A stretch of DNA of 64,000 nt from contig OX597843.1 in the NCBI GenBank assembly GCA_951406725.2, positions 19,220,001 through 19,284,000 on the forward strand, written 5' to 3'. The notes under the pieces are model-generated. The model was given only the letters and a program-made list of their open reading frames with translations. It was not told the DNA's origin and ran no database searches. Within the stretch, counting starts at the first letter, position 1. Each line of letters opens with the position of its first letter. The position numbers and the translations under genes are program-made. Source of the stretch: Octopus vulgaris (Eukaryota). Of this stretch, positions 1 through 14,506 are shown one piece after another.

Positions 1-109
1 AGTAATCCGGGCAACAGGAGAAGGCTGGGTCAGCTGCGAACCCCTAATCCGGATCCACATGATGTCGGCTCCTACGTGAAGGTTGATTTTATCGGCAGCT
101 GTAGGATGT

Positions 110-1930
110 AACTGGCTTGGCCTATTCAGGTTTGACCAAAATGGTGACCGGATTACCAAGCTAATCAACCAGAAAAGAACCTCTTGTCTGGCGTGGGAGA
201 ATTTCATATGCTCCCCCACTTGCAATGCTTCCAAGAGGCCAAGCAGAAATACCGGAATAGGATCTATGAACTCCATAATCTCTGGTGTCGAGCAAAAACA
301 AGGGAGATAGTCATTCACGGACAGCAGGGACCTTACATATTTTTATGCTGTGACAAAGGAAACTTTTGGTCCTTTTGCAGAATAACAAATATACTCAAAT
401 CGGCTGATGCCTTAAACCTCCCTTGCAGTCACTCAAAATATCTTTGAACGATGGAAGAAACATTTTCAAATACGCCTCCATCGGTCATCTGCCCCAGTGA
501 TTGACTTGCTCCATAATGTCCCCCAATATCCGACACGACACTGGATGTCACTACCCTGGGTTTGAAAAGGCACTAAAACGTATGAAGACATGGAAAGCAC
601 CTGGTCCTGACAACATATCTCTGGAGCTCCTGTCTCATGGTGTTCAAATCCTGAAGACTAAGATGTATATGGCTATCTAAAGCCTGTGGGAGATGGAAGC
701 TATTCTTGCGGACGTGTAAAGACCAGACCATCATTACAGTCTTCAAGAAGGGTGACCGGACAATTTGGGGAAACTATTTCGGTATCTCCATTCTCAGTAT
801 TGCTGGAAAGATCTTCGCCAGGATCCTGTTAGATTAGTGGTCGTTGTTGAGAATGTTCTTCCAGAGTCACAGTAAGGCTTCTGCCCTACCCAGGGTACCA
901 TCGACATGGTCTTTTGTACTTAGCTTCTCCAAGAAAAGACACTCGAGCAGAGAAAGCCAATTCTTTGTGTTCTGGGACTTAGAGAAGGCTTTCGGCAACA
1001 TACTGAGACCTACAATGGGGGTCACTCTGAAGCGTTATGTTTCTCCCAATTAATTTGTACGCCATATTCACACTCTATATGACGGAAAGTCTGGCCGAAT
1101 CATTGCCAAGAACGCTCTCGCCAGTCCCTTCCCAATTACGACTGGCCTGAAGCAATGATGCATTCTCATTCTTACTCTGTTTTCCCTCTACCCTAATGCT
1201 ATGATTCATGAAACCCCTAATATGGCTCCTGGTGCAGATATCCGTTACAGACTAGATGAAGTGCTTTTCAACACCGACGGTTTAGAGCTCGTCGACATTT
1301 CCACCTTGGCCAAAGTACATGAGCTGCAGCGCGTTGATGACAATATGCACATTCGTGCACTTCCTTTTTGATCTTCAGAAAGCTGTGAACGTCTAGGAAA
1401 ATTTGTGTACCGGCATTGATCTGAGCACAAATGTAAAGAAGACAAAGATCTTTGTACAGGGAGGGTCTGGCCCACCTACCTCCTGATTTTGGTGTCTTAA
1501 AGCTACATGTTACTGCCTTGAAAGTCGTGGAGAATTTCTTATATCTTGGAAGCTACCTGCCTAGACAAATAAGAAAGACAAACAGGGTCAACGAAACCCC
1601 TACTTCTTTTGGAAAATTTTCAAAATGAGTCTTACTAAACCACGACCTCCCCATCCAAATGAAAACCATGGTATTCTGATCTTCCCACACTCCTCTACGG
1701 CTGTGAGAGGTGGGTGCTGTATCACATGGCTTGATGAAAGTCGAGCGTTTCAAACCGCACAAATAAAATTTCACGCAATTATGGGGAGTCAATGGAAAGA
1801 CTACATTACCAATAAAGAGGAAATTCTGTTCCGAGTCAGACTACCCTGTATTGATGCTATGATAACTTGATACCACCTCCGCTAGTCGGCCACATCAAAT
1901 ATTTTTTGTGGAGTTGGCATGAGGCAACAG
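110..1930 (+). mobile_element. Degraded RTE-clade (BovB-like) LINE ORF2 fragment
   Basis: Frameshifted RTE motifs: FDQNGDRI (WFDEN-like), ISILSIAGKIFARILL, FWDLEKAF, TGLKQ*CIL, LLYGCE. Confidence 0.8.
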
Positions 1931-2518
1931 AGCATGCGAAGCCTCCAAATTCCATTTCCGAGGTCCCTTACGCTGCTCCATTGACCCAAGTACCTGGAAG
2001 GCTGTCACCAAGGACCGTCCATAGTAAAGGAAAACATACTAAGGACCTTACTTCATTGTATCCATTCTCTTGTGTTCTAACATTCAACAGGTCAATGTAT
2101 ATACATCGTGTACAAGACGTATGACAGAGAGATGTTCATTCAGAATTCTTCATTGAATAGACTGGATGTATGATGGCCCCAGCACTATAAAGGTTATCAT
2201 ACAGACCTCTCCTCTACCTTGTATTATTGTTATTTGAGAATAACATTTACTCTCTTCAATAGGTCACCTTCCCTTCACACTGTGATGGCTGTGTTTATAT
2301 GATTAACATCCCAGATGGGTTACCTTTACTACGGTGGAGGAGCGTTGTTTTTGAGAAAGGAAGGAAATAGAATATTGTTAGTCACATAATATAAGTCGGG
2401 TTATCAAGAGTGACTGGATTACTTTATGACAATGGGGGGGGATTGATGGGTGTGAATTGCGACAAGTAATATCTTTCTGTTTGTCACTCAAATATTTATA
2501 AACGGTTGTAAGACTTAC

Positions 2519-2731
2519 ATAGTCTAAATGCTCTCCAGTCTCCTCCTCAGAATGGAACTTATCTTTCTTCACCACGGCGAGGTGAAGACAGTTGTTACCA
2601 TCAGCATCAAGAGCGTCTAATTCTGCTCCATGTGAAACTAGCTTCTGAAGTATTCCAAAGTGACTAATGGTAACAGCATTAAGTAATGGTGTCGTTTCTT
2701 TTATGTTCTTGGTATTCACTTTCACATCAGT
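2519..2731 (-). CDS. Exon of ankyrin-repeat (MIB2-like) gene; last exon visible in the window
   Basis: Polypyrimidine...AAAG acceptor (2732-2733) and GTAAGT donor (2518); 213 nt, phase 0-0; TDVKVNTKNIKETTPLLNAV...GAELDALDADGNNCLHLAV...LDY. Confidence 0.88.
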
Positions 2732-4339
2732 CTTTATAGAGATAAAAAGAAAACGAAAGATTAAAAAGTTACATCAAAATTCGGGTGGATATCAATGTAT
2801 CATTACTTTCTTTTACTGGGCACTTGATTAAACAGATTAAAAATTCCATATGGTCCCTCAATAAAACTTGTTATGACTGTGTCTTAGAGACATGATAAAT
2901 CCATTAAGATGTCCTAAACAAATCGGGTTCAGCCGGATCTACATTTATCCCTTACTATAGTAAGTTTTAGGGGACTTGAACAAGAGTGAACACGTGATTA
3001 GCAGATCAAGTTTGATAAAGAAGAATTATAATTTCCAATGTATACATTTGATGTTGCTTTATTAATTAATATTAATTAAAATGGGGCTCACAAAATAGCT
3101 GGGTTTATTCGTATTCACCACTATAGCACTAATTTAAGGAAGTATCTAGTGCGAAACTAAATAATGTCAGGTGCCACTACCACGACAACCACCACTACAA
3201 TACACGATGCACCCCAATCTGTCTCTTTACTGGTCTTCTGATATTTTCCTATTTCCTAGAATACATTAACTTAGATAATTAATGTTGTAGAGAAAATTGG
3301 ACCGAGTCAACAAGACGGGATGTTTAATATCCAATCCATTCCGATTACCAACTGTGATTCATACTAAATGTCTACACAATGCTTGAAGTCATGATGCTGT
3401 GGTATTGTCTGAGATAAATATCTCTTCATAGACTTGTTTTCAAAGCATAATATACATCAGAGCAACATTGCTACAGTGATTCTTGATAGATGTGTTTCGT
3501 GTTTCTAAAGGTTTATCAATGTAAGGCAACTGATCACTACCTGCTTCAATGAAATTTGCCTCATGATGTATAGGAAACAGTGTATAAAACGTTCACTGTA
3601 TTACGGAAGCTTTCAGGGCTGGAGATTTTATCTCACACAATTCCACAGCACCACGTCTTCTAACAGTGTATATACATTTCATATGATACGTGGCTGGTAA
3701 CTTTGATTTAATGTTTTTAACTGTGTGTACCGAGGTTTTTCTTCGGCAAGACAATCCAATATCTATTAAAGGGAACATCATTGAATAGTAAGAGTTCAAA
3801 TGGAATTGTAAAGTTATTCAATACAATAGTTAGAATAGTTAGAATGTGTAGCAATTGATAGTGTTATTGTGAAGTAGAGTTTGAAGTTGATATTGTAAGT
3901 ATTGATTATTGACCAGGAACTCTTAGAAAGACTATTGTACTGCAGATTGAAATCAAGACTGTATAGAGAGTACATTACATACGTGCATGTATATATATAT
4001 ATGTGTATATCTGTGTATATATGTATGTATATATGTGTGTGTGTGTGTGTGTGCGTGTGTGTATACGTATGTATATATACACACACACATACATATATAT
4101 ACGGCAAGAAATAATATTTGTCTCTTTTTATGGAGACAAAAGACTTTATAAGACTGCAAAAAGAAGCGTTCAAATGTAATTGAGACCAAAAAACATTGAT
4201 CAAAGACCAAACATCAAATTCGAGTCAACGACTTTATATACAACACCAAACCTCCAAAAACTTTTGATCATATATAAATATTACTATGGCTCTTAAACGT
4301 ATAAGTATAAAAAAAAAACACAGGAGGTAAAAAATATTT

Positions 4340-5897
4340 ATGCGAATAAAAAACAAATATATAGAACGGCCTATCAAAAAGGTATACAATCGACTAAAAA
4401 TTCTAAAGCATGTCATGCGACTAAAAATCTAAATAAAATATCAATCGACTAAAAAGATTTTTTTTTACTCCCCTCAAACAAAAAAGTACGTCAAAAAAGT
4501 TCATTTCGTAATAAAAAACCATAAGTTTCTTTTTTCTACTTTTCTGAAAGTATATAGAAGTTATATTAGATGTGGTAAATAATATTTAGTTTTAAAGGGT
4601 CTTGCTCTCATATGTTTTTTGTTTTTTTTTCTTTGTTTCTTTTCCCCACATATTTTGTAGTGTCCCCTCTGTGTGGCCCCTTGTGGGTAATAAAAATATA
4701 AATTTGTCGAGTTTCTTTTGGCTGTTTATTATGAGTTATATTTTGCTGTTTTACTTTGCTAGGCTACACTCGGCAACCCTGTCATAAAATGGAAGAAGTA
4801 GTACTTCTACCCACATACAAAAAGCCCCAGGAAGGGCCCCCAAGAAAGAGCAGTGAGTAAGGGGCCAGTCGTGATACCAGCAACAACAGAAGAAAAGGAA
4901 GATAATGGAATGAACAACGAATGAGAAATGGCAGGGAAAAGAAAGAGAAGGAAAGAAAAAAGGCATGTCACATGGATATAGCCTCCCCACCCAACACCCA
5001 CTCACACCCTCTTTGGCCCATTCTCTCCCTACAGACACCAACCCTCCCCAATCCCCTCCCACAAAAAGAAAAGCGCACACACACACACAAGGAACCCCGT
5101 ACTTCCCCTCCCCCGGCCGAGGAAAAAAGTAATTACGTAATGTTAGATGAGGAATCAAATGAGGAAGTTTGCAATGAATTGAGTGCGTGGGAAGATACAG
5201 TTGCAGCAGGTACAAGTTCCTACACCAATATACAAAGGTGGTATAATTGCTTGCTGCTAATCAAGGAGCAATTAGGAAAAATAATGGAATGCAAGGATGT
5301 ATATCAATACTGGAAGATAAAAATGGACATAAGTCAGTCATCATGCTACTTAGACTATATGGACATTCTAAGGAAACAAAAGATTGACATTTTTGCAGGA
5401 TCTCAGATCGAAGAAAGGAATAAATGAAGCCACTCAGAGGTGGCACCGAAAAGCTGAATTACAGTTTTCATTTTCATCTTGCTGTCGTTCGTTTTCCGTT
5501 TTTTTTTCTCTCATTTCTTGTCCCTATGTGCTTTGTTTGTCTCCTCTTTGTTGGCCCCTCGTGGGTAATAAAAAGTCAAATTTCGGATGAGAGGGGTCAT
5601 TGCCGAGATGCTCTTTAACTCGTAATCGAACCACAACAATGAACTCCTGAAATGGCCCTTGATGTGTTTGAATTGATTTTGTGGAACTCTTTTTGCTCTT
5701 GGACTCCATCCTGCCATGCTTTTTACGAAATTAATTTTTTTGACGTACTTTTTTGTTTGAGGGGAGTAAAAAAAAAAACTCTTTTTAGTCGATTGATATT
5801 TTATTTAGATTTTTAGTCGCATGACACACTTTAGAATTTTTAGTCGATTGTATACCTTTTTGATAGGCCGTTCTATATATTTGTTTTTTATTCGCAT
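4340..5897. mobile_element. Foldback/MITE-like element with about 172-bp inverted arms (4340-4511 and 5723-5897)
   Basis: Arms are reverse complements (atgcgaataaaaaacaaatatatagaacggcc... / ...ggccgttctatatatttgttttttattcgcat), each with three CGACTAAAAA sub-repeats. Confidence 0.7.
4590..5590 (+). mobile_element. Two tandem LINE-like 3' ends (possibly L1/Tx1 group) with a low-complexity ORF remnant between them
   Basis: T-rich tract plus TGGCCCCTYGTGGGTAATAAAAA at about 4674-4696 and 5552-5574; ORF 4921-5427 lies between. Family assignment is from recall only. Confidence 0.35.
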
Positions 5898-7269
5898 CAT
5901 GGTTGGCTTGGCTGTCGTCTGTTGTTCGAACTGGAACATGGCTGAGTAGCTCTGTGGTCTCCGACTAGACCTTAGAAGGTCTAAAGCCGAAAGACGATGA
6001 ATTGTGAAAATACTAGCTTATTTAAGGAGTGAAGATGGCTCAATTGAAAGATCCTATCTAAAGGTCGTGATTGGTCAGTTTACACACTGGTGCGAAATAA
6101 GTAGAGAGACAGACCGCACTAGATGCTAATCAATCAGATCAGTGGACACAACAGGGTTAAACTATCCAAAGATGGTTGTAATCTCAAATGAGATCATTCC
6201 TAATGTTTTTCTCAAACAGTGAGGATATCAATATTGCTACAATATCATACAAAAGCAACAACAAACTATGTCAGGAAGTAGAGGGCCGTTTCAAGGCCAG
6301 ATTGAATAATCACAGGTGCGTTTTATGAACCGAAAACAGACACAATATTGCAACATTGGCCAACTATATATGTTGATTAAAACAGGAAGCAATGCCATAG
6401 AAAATCAAGTAGACGTTGCTGGAAGGACCCACACTATATCTCAATGGTAAGTAAAAGATTCAGACCCTTCTTTGCAGAGAGGAAGGAGAGAGAGAGAGAG
6501 AGAGAGAGAAATGAGTATCTTGCTATAGACGAGATCTATGGCTACCCCCAACAGGGTAAGGAGATAGAATAGCGGAGATGTGAGGCTATAGTGTTTCTTC
6601 AAGGTCCAAGAAAGTGAATAGAGAGTAGAGGCATACGATCAAGGGTAACTAGGTCGGTAGGTTGACGAGAGTGCGAAGGGCGAATGACAGACATTAGAAA
6701 TGAGAATATAGATGAATGTGGTGACTGACGAACATGGATGAAGGTGTGAAGAATGGTGAGTCTGAGTTTGAGAGGGAATTAAAAAGACATGGGAGAAGAT
6801 CAGAGAGGAGGAGGAGGAGGACATGATAGGAGGAGGCAGGACATAAGTGGAGGTTAGAACGCAACCGTATGGTAAAACTACAGAGATGAAAAATAGGGAG
6901 ATGTGAAATGTGGAAGAGAGAGAGAGAGAGAGGAGCAGAGTGGCAGATGCTGATGTTAGTGTTACATATGGGTAGATATAGTGATGGCAGATATGAGAAG
7001 GTATTGCAAAGAGGAGGAGGCTGAGAGATAATGTTGGAAATGCGAGATAAATAACAAAGAGAATGGTTTCCTGGAAAGAGATTTCTGGCAGAGAAAAATG
7101 GAGAGGGAATACGTGTCGTTATTCTCTCCTGTAATTATAGCAACTGAGGAAATAGTAGGGTAGTTAGAGGGTGGGGAGAGAGCAAAGTTGTGTACGAAGT
7201 TGCAAGTAAGGTTTGACCGATGTAGGGGCATAGACATCAACCATATGTTTTTAGAACCCCATTTTTGCT

Positions 7270-9770
7270 AAGATAGATGGATCTTCTTGAGGACAGTGGA
7301 TTGCTCGTCATTTCAGTCATTTGTCATCTCTCCTATGAGGTTCATCAGCTAGAGTTCGGTCCATGTCTCCCTCCACTTCCCTCATTCACTATGTCCATCC
7401 ACATTTAGTGACTGACGCTTCTTTCTATAGCTGTCTTCATCCATATGAACCACATGACCAAGCTACTACGATCTTCTCTCTTGCACACTACATCTGAATT
7501 CCCTTTTTCTTAATTCTCTAAATTGTTCTTTGTTGTATGGTTTTGGTTGTATGATGGTTTCTTTTCTTTCAAGCCTTTGCTTGTCCTCTGCAGCCATAGC
7601 CCATGTTTCACCATCGTGAAACATATCTTTTTGTGCACAGGCCTCATACAATCTAATTTTTATTCAGAGGCAGAGGCCCTTTCTAATGAACAGTAGTAAT
7701 AAATCTCTGAACTTTTTCAGTTAGTTGAAATTCTAGCTCTTATACTTTCAGAACATACTCCTCCACTGCTAATTTGGTCCCTTAGGTTATGGAAACGATC
7801 TACTATTTCTAAGGAAACCCATATGAACTGCTACCTGCACGCTAAAGTTGTCACTGTACTCATCGTTAACTCACATCTTACAGGCAGCACCCAAGTACAT
7901 GATTTGGACAGCTCCCACCAACCATTCCTTTGTCCGCAACTTTCCTAGTGACCACCCACCCGACCAAGCAGCAGGGAAATCAGTCGAAGGCCTTCTGTAA
8001 GGTGATGTAAGTCAATTTCAATGGTGTAGTTTTAGCTAAACACCCCTTCTGAAGTTTCCTTGTGTGTGTGTGAGAGAGAGAGATAGAGAGAGTGAGTGAG
8101 AGAGAGAGTGAGTGAGAGAGAGAGTGAGTGAGAGAGAGAGAGGGAGAGAGAGAGAGAGAGAAAGAAAGAAAGAAAGTAAGAAAGAGAAATAGAGAGAGAG
8201 AGACTGGCTGTCTTATTAATTGAGCGATAGCAATTTCTGTAAATTTCCAGATCTGGTAGACCAAACTGATACCTCCAGAACTTTCGTCTAACGCATTTCT
8301 TTTATGCATTGTAGCAGTTGACTATTATGCTGCTACACCAGTCATTGGGTACAACTCCTTCATGGACAACATGATTAACTATTCTATGGCTAGGCCATGC
8401 ACTCCTCCAAATATTTAGTAGTAATTCCCGGAAGACCAGGGGATTTCCATGTCCTTATATATTTAATTGCTTTATCTATTATACAACTGTTAACTAGGAT
8501 AGCTAGTCTCTCTGATGAATATTGAATACTCTCTTTCTTCCCTACATTCTCCATGTTTAATAGCCTTTCATAGTAGCACTTCCATGCCTCTTTCTTTTCA
8601 GAATCACTAAATGCAAATGAACCATCATCCATCCGTACGCACTTCTCTCCTACAGCATCTCCATTTTCTCTCGTGCACAGATTTGCTATTTGGAGCATCG
8701 TATGCCTCTGCTTTTCATGTTGTAAAACGTTGGCAAACGCCTTCTTTTAGCTTCTCACCTTGTTAAATATATATGTTGTTTAACTTCTCTTTTAGCTTCT
8801 CTGGTATTATTATTTGTTTCCCCTATTTTTCAAAGGTAGCTTCTTTGCTTTTATGACTTTGTCTACTTCACTGCTCCCCTACGATATAACCTTGGCCCCA
8901 TTGGAACAAATTTGGATTGCATCCCTCCACCCCAGTAACTTTTCCCCGTGAGTACTTCAAAGTGTGGATGTTATATGTTTCTCGACCTTTTTTATCAACT
9001 GTTTTGATTACGGATCCTCGAAATCCAACTGCTTGATGAATCTTTAAACATCCATATTTTCTTCTTCCAGACTGGCTTGCATCTTAAAGTTCTTTTAATT
9101 GCAAGTCTGAAGTTGCTAGCTGCTAATCGATGTTGACTAGAAATTCCTCCCCTACGGAAGGACTTTGCATTTAAAGCCATCTGTCAATAAAATGTTTTAT
9201 GTGAAAACGTAGTCAATCTGGTATCATTAGCTTGATAGGTGATTAGGTGTCTGGTTGTTTCCTGAAGATAGTGCTGCAGATCATCAGGTCGTTTGCATCC
9301 CAGAACTCCAAGAGTTTTATCCCACCTCACCTCGAGAACCAAACCCATTACCATAGAATCTACCCCTATATATCTATTGAAGTCACCAGTCATGAAGAAA
9401 GAGGCAGGGTCTTTTGTCATGGAGATTGTCTACTATACCTCATAAAAATGAGATAATAGTCACTTCTGTATTTTCCAAGATTAATTTGAGATTAATTATC
9501 CTATCAAATACTCTGACGACATTGATCCTTCATTTATACTTTTCTCTGTTAAAATCGTGGCCATTCTCCAATCGAATTACTATTGTCTTTCCAGAGGATA
9601 TGATGTCTCTTCAACGTCTGTTCAGAAGATTTGATGTATACAAGGTTCCCCTCCATTTTACCTCTTGTACACAACACACATCCACACACTCTGTTTTAAC
9701 ATTTCAAACATTTTACCAGATATAAAATTCAATGTGTCGACATTGACTGTGGTTGCCCTAAAGATTTGGA
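7270..9770 (-). mobile_element. Highly degraded RTE LINE
   Basis: Remnants GDFNRYIG, KKEAWKCYYERLLN, KSPGLPGIT, YEAC...HDGETWAM; interrupted by (GA)n. Confidence 0.75.
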
Positions 9771-10153
9771 CAGGTCAGAAAGAATGAGCTGGGATTAGGT
9801 GGATAGATTTCGGCAAATGAAAACAAGGTTAGCAGATGTTTGTCTTGATATATGCTCATATGTTTGATATATTCAGTAAGACATGGTTAATGTATTATAT
9901 ATAAACGCACACACTCACACATATATATTTTATTTTTGGTTTTATTTTATCTAGTTTCAGCTCATGAGTTGTGGCCATGTTGGGGCACCGCCATATATAT
10001 ATATACATACACACACACAAAATTATTACGTTCACTTGCCCATGCTCAAATGAAAAAGTGAACGTAATGTTTTCTGTATGTATGTATGTATGTATGTATG
10101 TATGTATGTATGTGTGCGTGTGTGTGTATGATGTACGTGTATACACACGCACG

Positions 10154-10199
<46 letters not shown>

Positions 10200-10233
10200 C
10201 ATACAAATATACATACATACATACATACATACA

Positions 10234-10264
<31 letters not shown>

Positions 10265-10278
10265 TCTGTGTGTATATG

Positions 10279-11521
10279 TACGAGGGGCGTTTAATAAGTA
10301 ATGCCCCTGACCCACTTCCCATAACAGTAGAGCAAAGAAACTTGGCACAGTTATTAGTCTTTTTCTATATAGGAACTATCCAGAGTTACACATTTCTCCA
10401 ATTGTTTGATGCAGCTCTGGAGACTGTTTTTTAGAAGACCCCAGCTTGGTGCTCCAACCACGACGTGACTTCAGAAATCAAGGCTGCATCATCTGGGAAA
10501 AGCTTTCCTTTCAAAAACAACTTCATGGCTGGGAAGAGGTGAAAATCAGAGGGTGCAAGGGGAGGAGTTCATAGCTGCACGCCTGTGCTTCTGATCTGGC
10601 GACATGCGAGTTGTGGACCGGAGCGTTGTCCTGCAGGAGGAGGATGCCTTTGCTGATCTCGCCCCGCCTCTTGATTTTGATAGCTTCTCTTAATTTCCTC
10701 AAAAGTGAAGCATAATAGGCTCCTGTAATTGTGGTACCCTTTTCCAGGAAATCTGTCATCACTACTCCGTCCTGGTCCCAGAAGACTGTGAGCATGACCT
10801 TGCCAGCGGAGGACTGTACCCTTGCCTTCTTTGAAGGAGGTGAGTCACGGTGCTTCCACTACATTGACTGGGCTTTGGTCTCTGGATCATAGTGATGGAC
10901 CCAGGTTTCATCCTGTGTAATCAGTCTTTTGAAAAATTTTGACTCATCTACTTGGCACATCTTCAAATTCATCATCGAGCACTCGACGCGTTTTTGCTTC
11001 TGGAAGACACCTTTTGCATATGCAAATGGTCATGAATGATAGTTTCCACAGACCCGGTACTAATCGTGACCTGATGGACTATTTGGCAAATTGTTATGTG
11101 TCGGTCTTCCAAAATGGCAGCCTCAAATTGACGGACAGATGCCTCATCAATGGAAGAAGTGGGGCGATCAAATCTGGGAGCTGTTTCCACGGAGTTCCGA
11201 CCATATTTGAATTCACGATGCCAGCGTTTTACAAGGCCATATTATGGGGCATCATCACCATAAGTTACTTTCATTTCATCAAAAGTCTCCCGTGGTGTGC
11301 GTCCTTTCAAATACAAAAACCGGATCACTGCTCGAAACTCAACAGGCTCCATTTCACACTTGACTCATTTCAAACACCTGTAAATTAGAAACCACAATTA
11401 GTTCAGAGCTGTAATTTGCTGCTTAATCTATAGAGATATAAATAATTGAACATGCAAAATTTCAGCTAGATCAAACAACTGCAAGTGGTTCAGAGGCATT
11501 ACTTATTGAACGTGCCTCGTA
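10279..11521 (-). mobile_element. Near full-length mariner DNA transposon with disrupted transposase (about 11352 to 10354)
   Basis: TA-flanked TIRs TACGAGGGGCGTTTAATAAGTAATGCC / GGCATTACTTATTGAACGTGCCTCGTA; MEPVEFRAVIRFL, ITQDETWVHHYDP, MLTVFWD, LQDNAPVH; stops and frameshifts present. Confidence 0.93.
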
Positions 11522-11571
11522 TGTATGTATGTATGTATGTATGTATGTATGTATGTATGTATGTATGTATG

Positions 11572-11615
<44 letters not shown>

Positions 11616-12257
11616 CGTGCGTGTGTATACACGTACATCATACACACACACACGCACACATACATACATACATACATACATACATACATACATACATACA
11701 TACATACATAGAGAAAACATTACGTTCACTTTTCCATGCTCGCATGGATCAGACAGAGTCTGTTTTACAGATTCTCTCTGGCAGGGTGCCCTCTCTGTCA
11801 CCAACCGTCACCTATTTCTAAGCAAAGTAATATGTTCCGACAGCTTTACATGTTTTTCGCTGAAGACAGGAAATGAACAACTTCTCATGTGTTACGGTGA
11901 TGTTCGTTTACAACTCGCATGTTGTGTTTAGGCAAGGTTGAGTACAAACACACACATGTATGTACATACAACCACATATATAAATAAACATAAAATAATG
12001 TGATGTCTATGGGTTAATTTAATTAAGCCTTTGTATATATGTTGTATCATGTGACCAATGGAGTTGCTTTTGTTAGTGGTGGTTGTCAGCTGGAGTGTCA
12101 TCACTACGAATACCATCCTAACATACCATGTTCCTCCACAAACCCAAGACCTGCAACTTAAAGGTGAAGGTACAATTGATTAAATCTACCCCCAGTATAA
12201 ATATTGAACAGATCAATAAATACTAGAGAGTGTATATAGTATGTATGTGTTACTAAC

Positions 12258-12294
12258 CTGGGAAAGAAGGAAGGCCACGACATCGTAACGTTGA
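12258..12294 (-). CDS. 37-nt microexon of the ankyrin-repeat gene
   Basis: TTTCAG acceptor (12295-12296) and GTTAGT donor (12257); phase 2 to 0; encodes (N)QRYDVVAFLLSQ, bridging the 581-nt exon (ends phase 2) and the 213-nt exon (starts phase 0). Confidence 0.85.
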
Positions 12295-12445
12295 CTGAAA
12301 GTTATAAAAAGAGGCAAGAAAAATATAAGAAATACCACCAATTATAGAGATTAATAATTAATAATTATTAGGATATAATTTAATGGAAACAAAAGTAATT
12401 AGGTCATTATAGCCTAATTACAACAATGGTTATTTAGACATAAAT

Positions 12446-12607
12446 GCATACATACACACACACATACATACATACATAGACGCACACACGCACACACATA
12501 CATACATACACGCACACACATACATACATACATACATACATACATACACACATACATAAATACACACACATACATACATACATAAATACACACATACATA
12601 CATACAC

Positions 12608-12640
<33 letters not shown>

Positions 12641-13011
12641 CACACATACATACATTCATACATACATACATACACACATACCTACATACATACATACATA
12701 CATACTTACATACATACATACATTCATGCATACATACACACATACCTACATACATACATACATACATACCTACATACATACATACATACATACATACATA
12801 CATACCTACATACATACATACATACCTACATACATACATTCATACATACATATACATACATACATACATACATACATACATACATTCATACATACATACA
12901 CACATACCTACATACACACATACATACCTACATACATACCTACATACATACATACCTACATACATTCATACACACATACATACACACATACCTACATACA
13001 TACATACATTC

Positions 13012-13042
<31 letters not shown>

Positions 13043-13965
13043 CATACATACATACATACATACCTACATACATACATTCATACCTACATACATACACACA
13101 CATACATACCTACATACATACCTACATACATACATTCAAACATACATACATACACACATACCTACATACATACATACATACATACTTACATACATACACA
13201 CACATACAAACATACATACATACATACATACATACACACATGCACACATACATACATACATACATACATACATACATACATACATACATACACACATACC
13301 TACATACACACATACATACCTACATACATACCTACATACATACATACATACATACTTACATACATACACACACACATACAAACATACATACATACATACA
13401 TACAAACATACATACATACATACATACATTCATACATACATTACATACATACACATACATACATACATACATACATACATACAAACATACATACACACAC
13501 ATACATACATACCTACATACATACATTCATACATACCTACATATATACATACCTACATACATACCTACATACATACATACCTACATACACACACACATAC
13601 ATACATAGACACACACATAAACACATACATACATACCTACATACATACACACACACATACATACATACATACATACATACATACACACATACAAACATAC
13701 ATACCTACATACATACATACCTACATACATACATTCATACATACATACATACATACATACATTCATACATACATTACATACATACGTACACACATGCCTA
13801 CATACATACATACATACATACACACATACATACATACATACATACAAACATACATACATACATACATACACACACATATATACATACATACATACAAACA
13901 TACATACACACACATACATACATACATACATACATACACACACATACATACATACATACATACAA
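12446..13965. repeat. About 1.5-kb imperfect (CATA)n microsatellite
   Basis: Seen directly. Confidence 0.97.
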
Positions 13966-14445
13966 TGAATATACATTCTACACAGTAGAAGAAATATATA
14001 TTTTTTCATGACCACGATTCAACTGTAATACCAGCAGATGGGATTCTAAGACCAGAATCCAATTCGATTTAAAAAGCAAACCCTTTGACCTTCAACTGAA
14101 TATTAACGCAGGAAGTTTGCATACAGAGCAATGAGTAGTTGGTGCAGTAGAACCAATTGTTGGTCAGTCTTAGGTATTCTGTAGAAAACTTTTTGATAAA
14201 AAGGTTTTGGATGTGAATTAATCTCCACTCTTCTTTTGGCTTATTTATGTATATATCCTTTTTCCTTGTAAACCGTTTTTCACATTTTCTTGTTATTATC
14301 AAAGAATGTATATATGTATCGTAATAATTGGGACAACCAGAACCTAACACAACAAAGCTTTTACATTGTACTTTTGACAATTTCATTCTAAAAAAGTGAA
14401 ACCGGTCAAGTAAATAAACATCTTTTAAAATTGCATTTTCAAACC

Positions 14446-14503
<58 letters not shown>

Positions 14504-14506
<3 letters not shown>

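Noticed and set aside
3300-3800. Possible hAT/Charlie transposase relic on the minus strand
   Set aside because: Only a vague resemblance around MKCIY; too degraded to support.
5420-5465. Hairpin GCCAC...GTGGC followed by CGAAAAGCTG, hammerhead-like
   Set aside because: No CUGANGA core and no stem I pairing.
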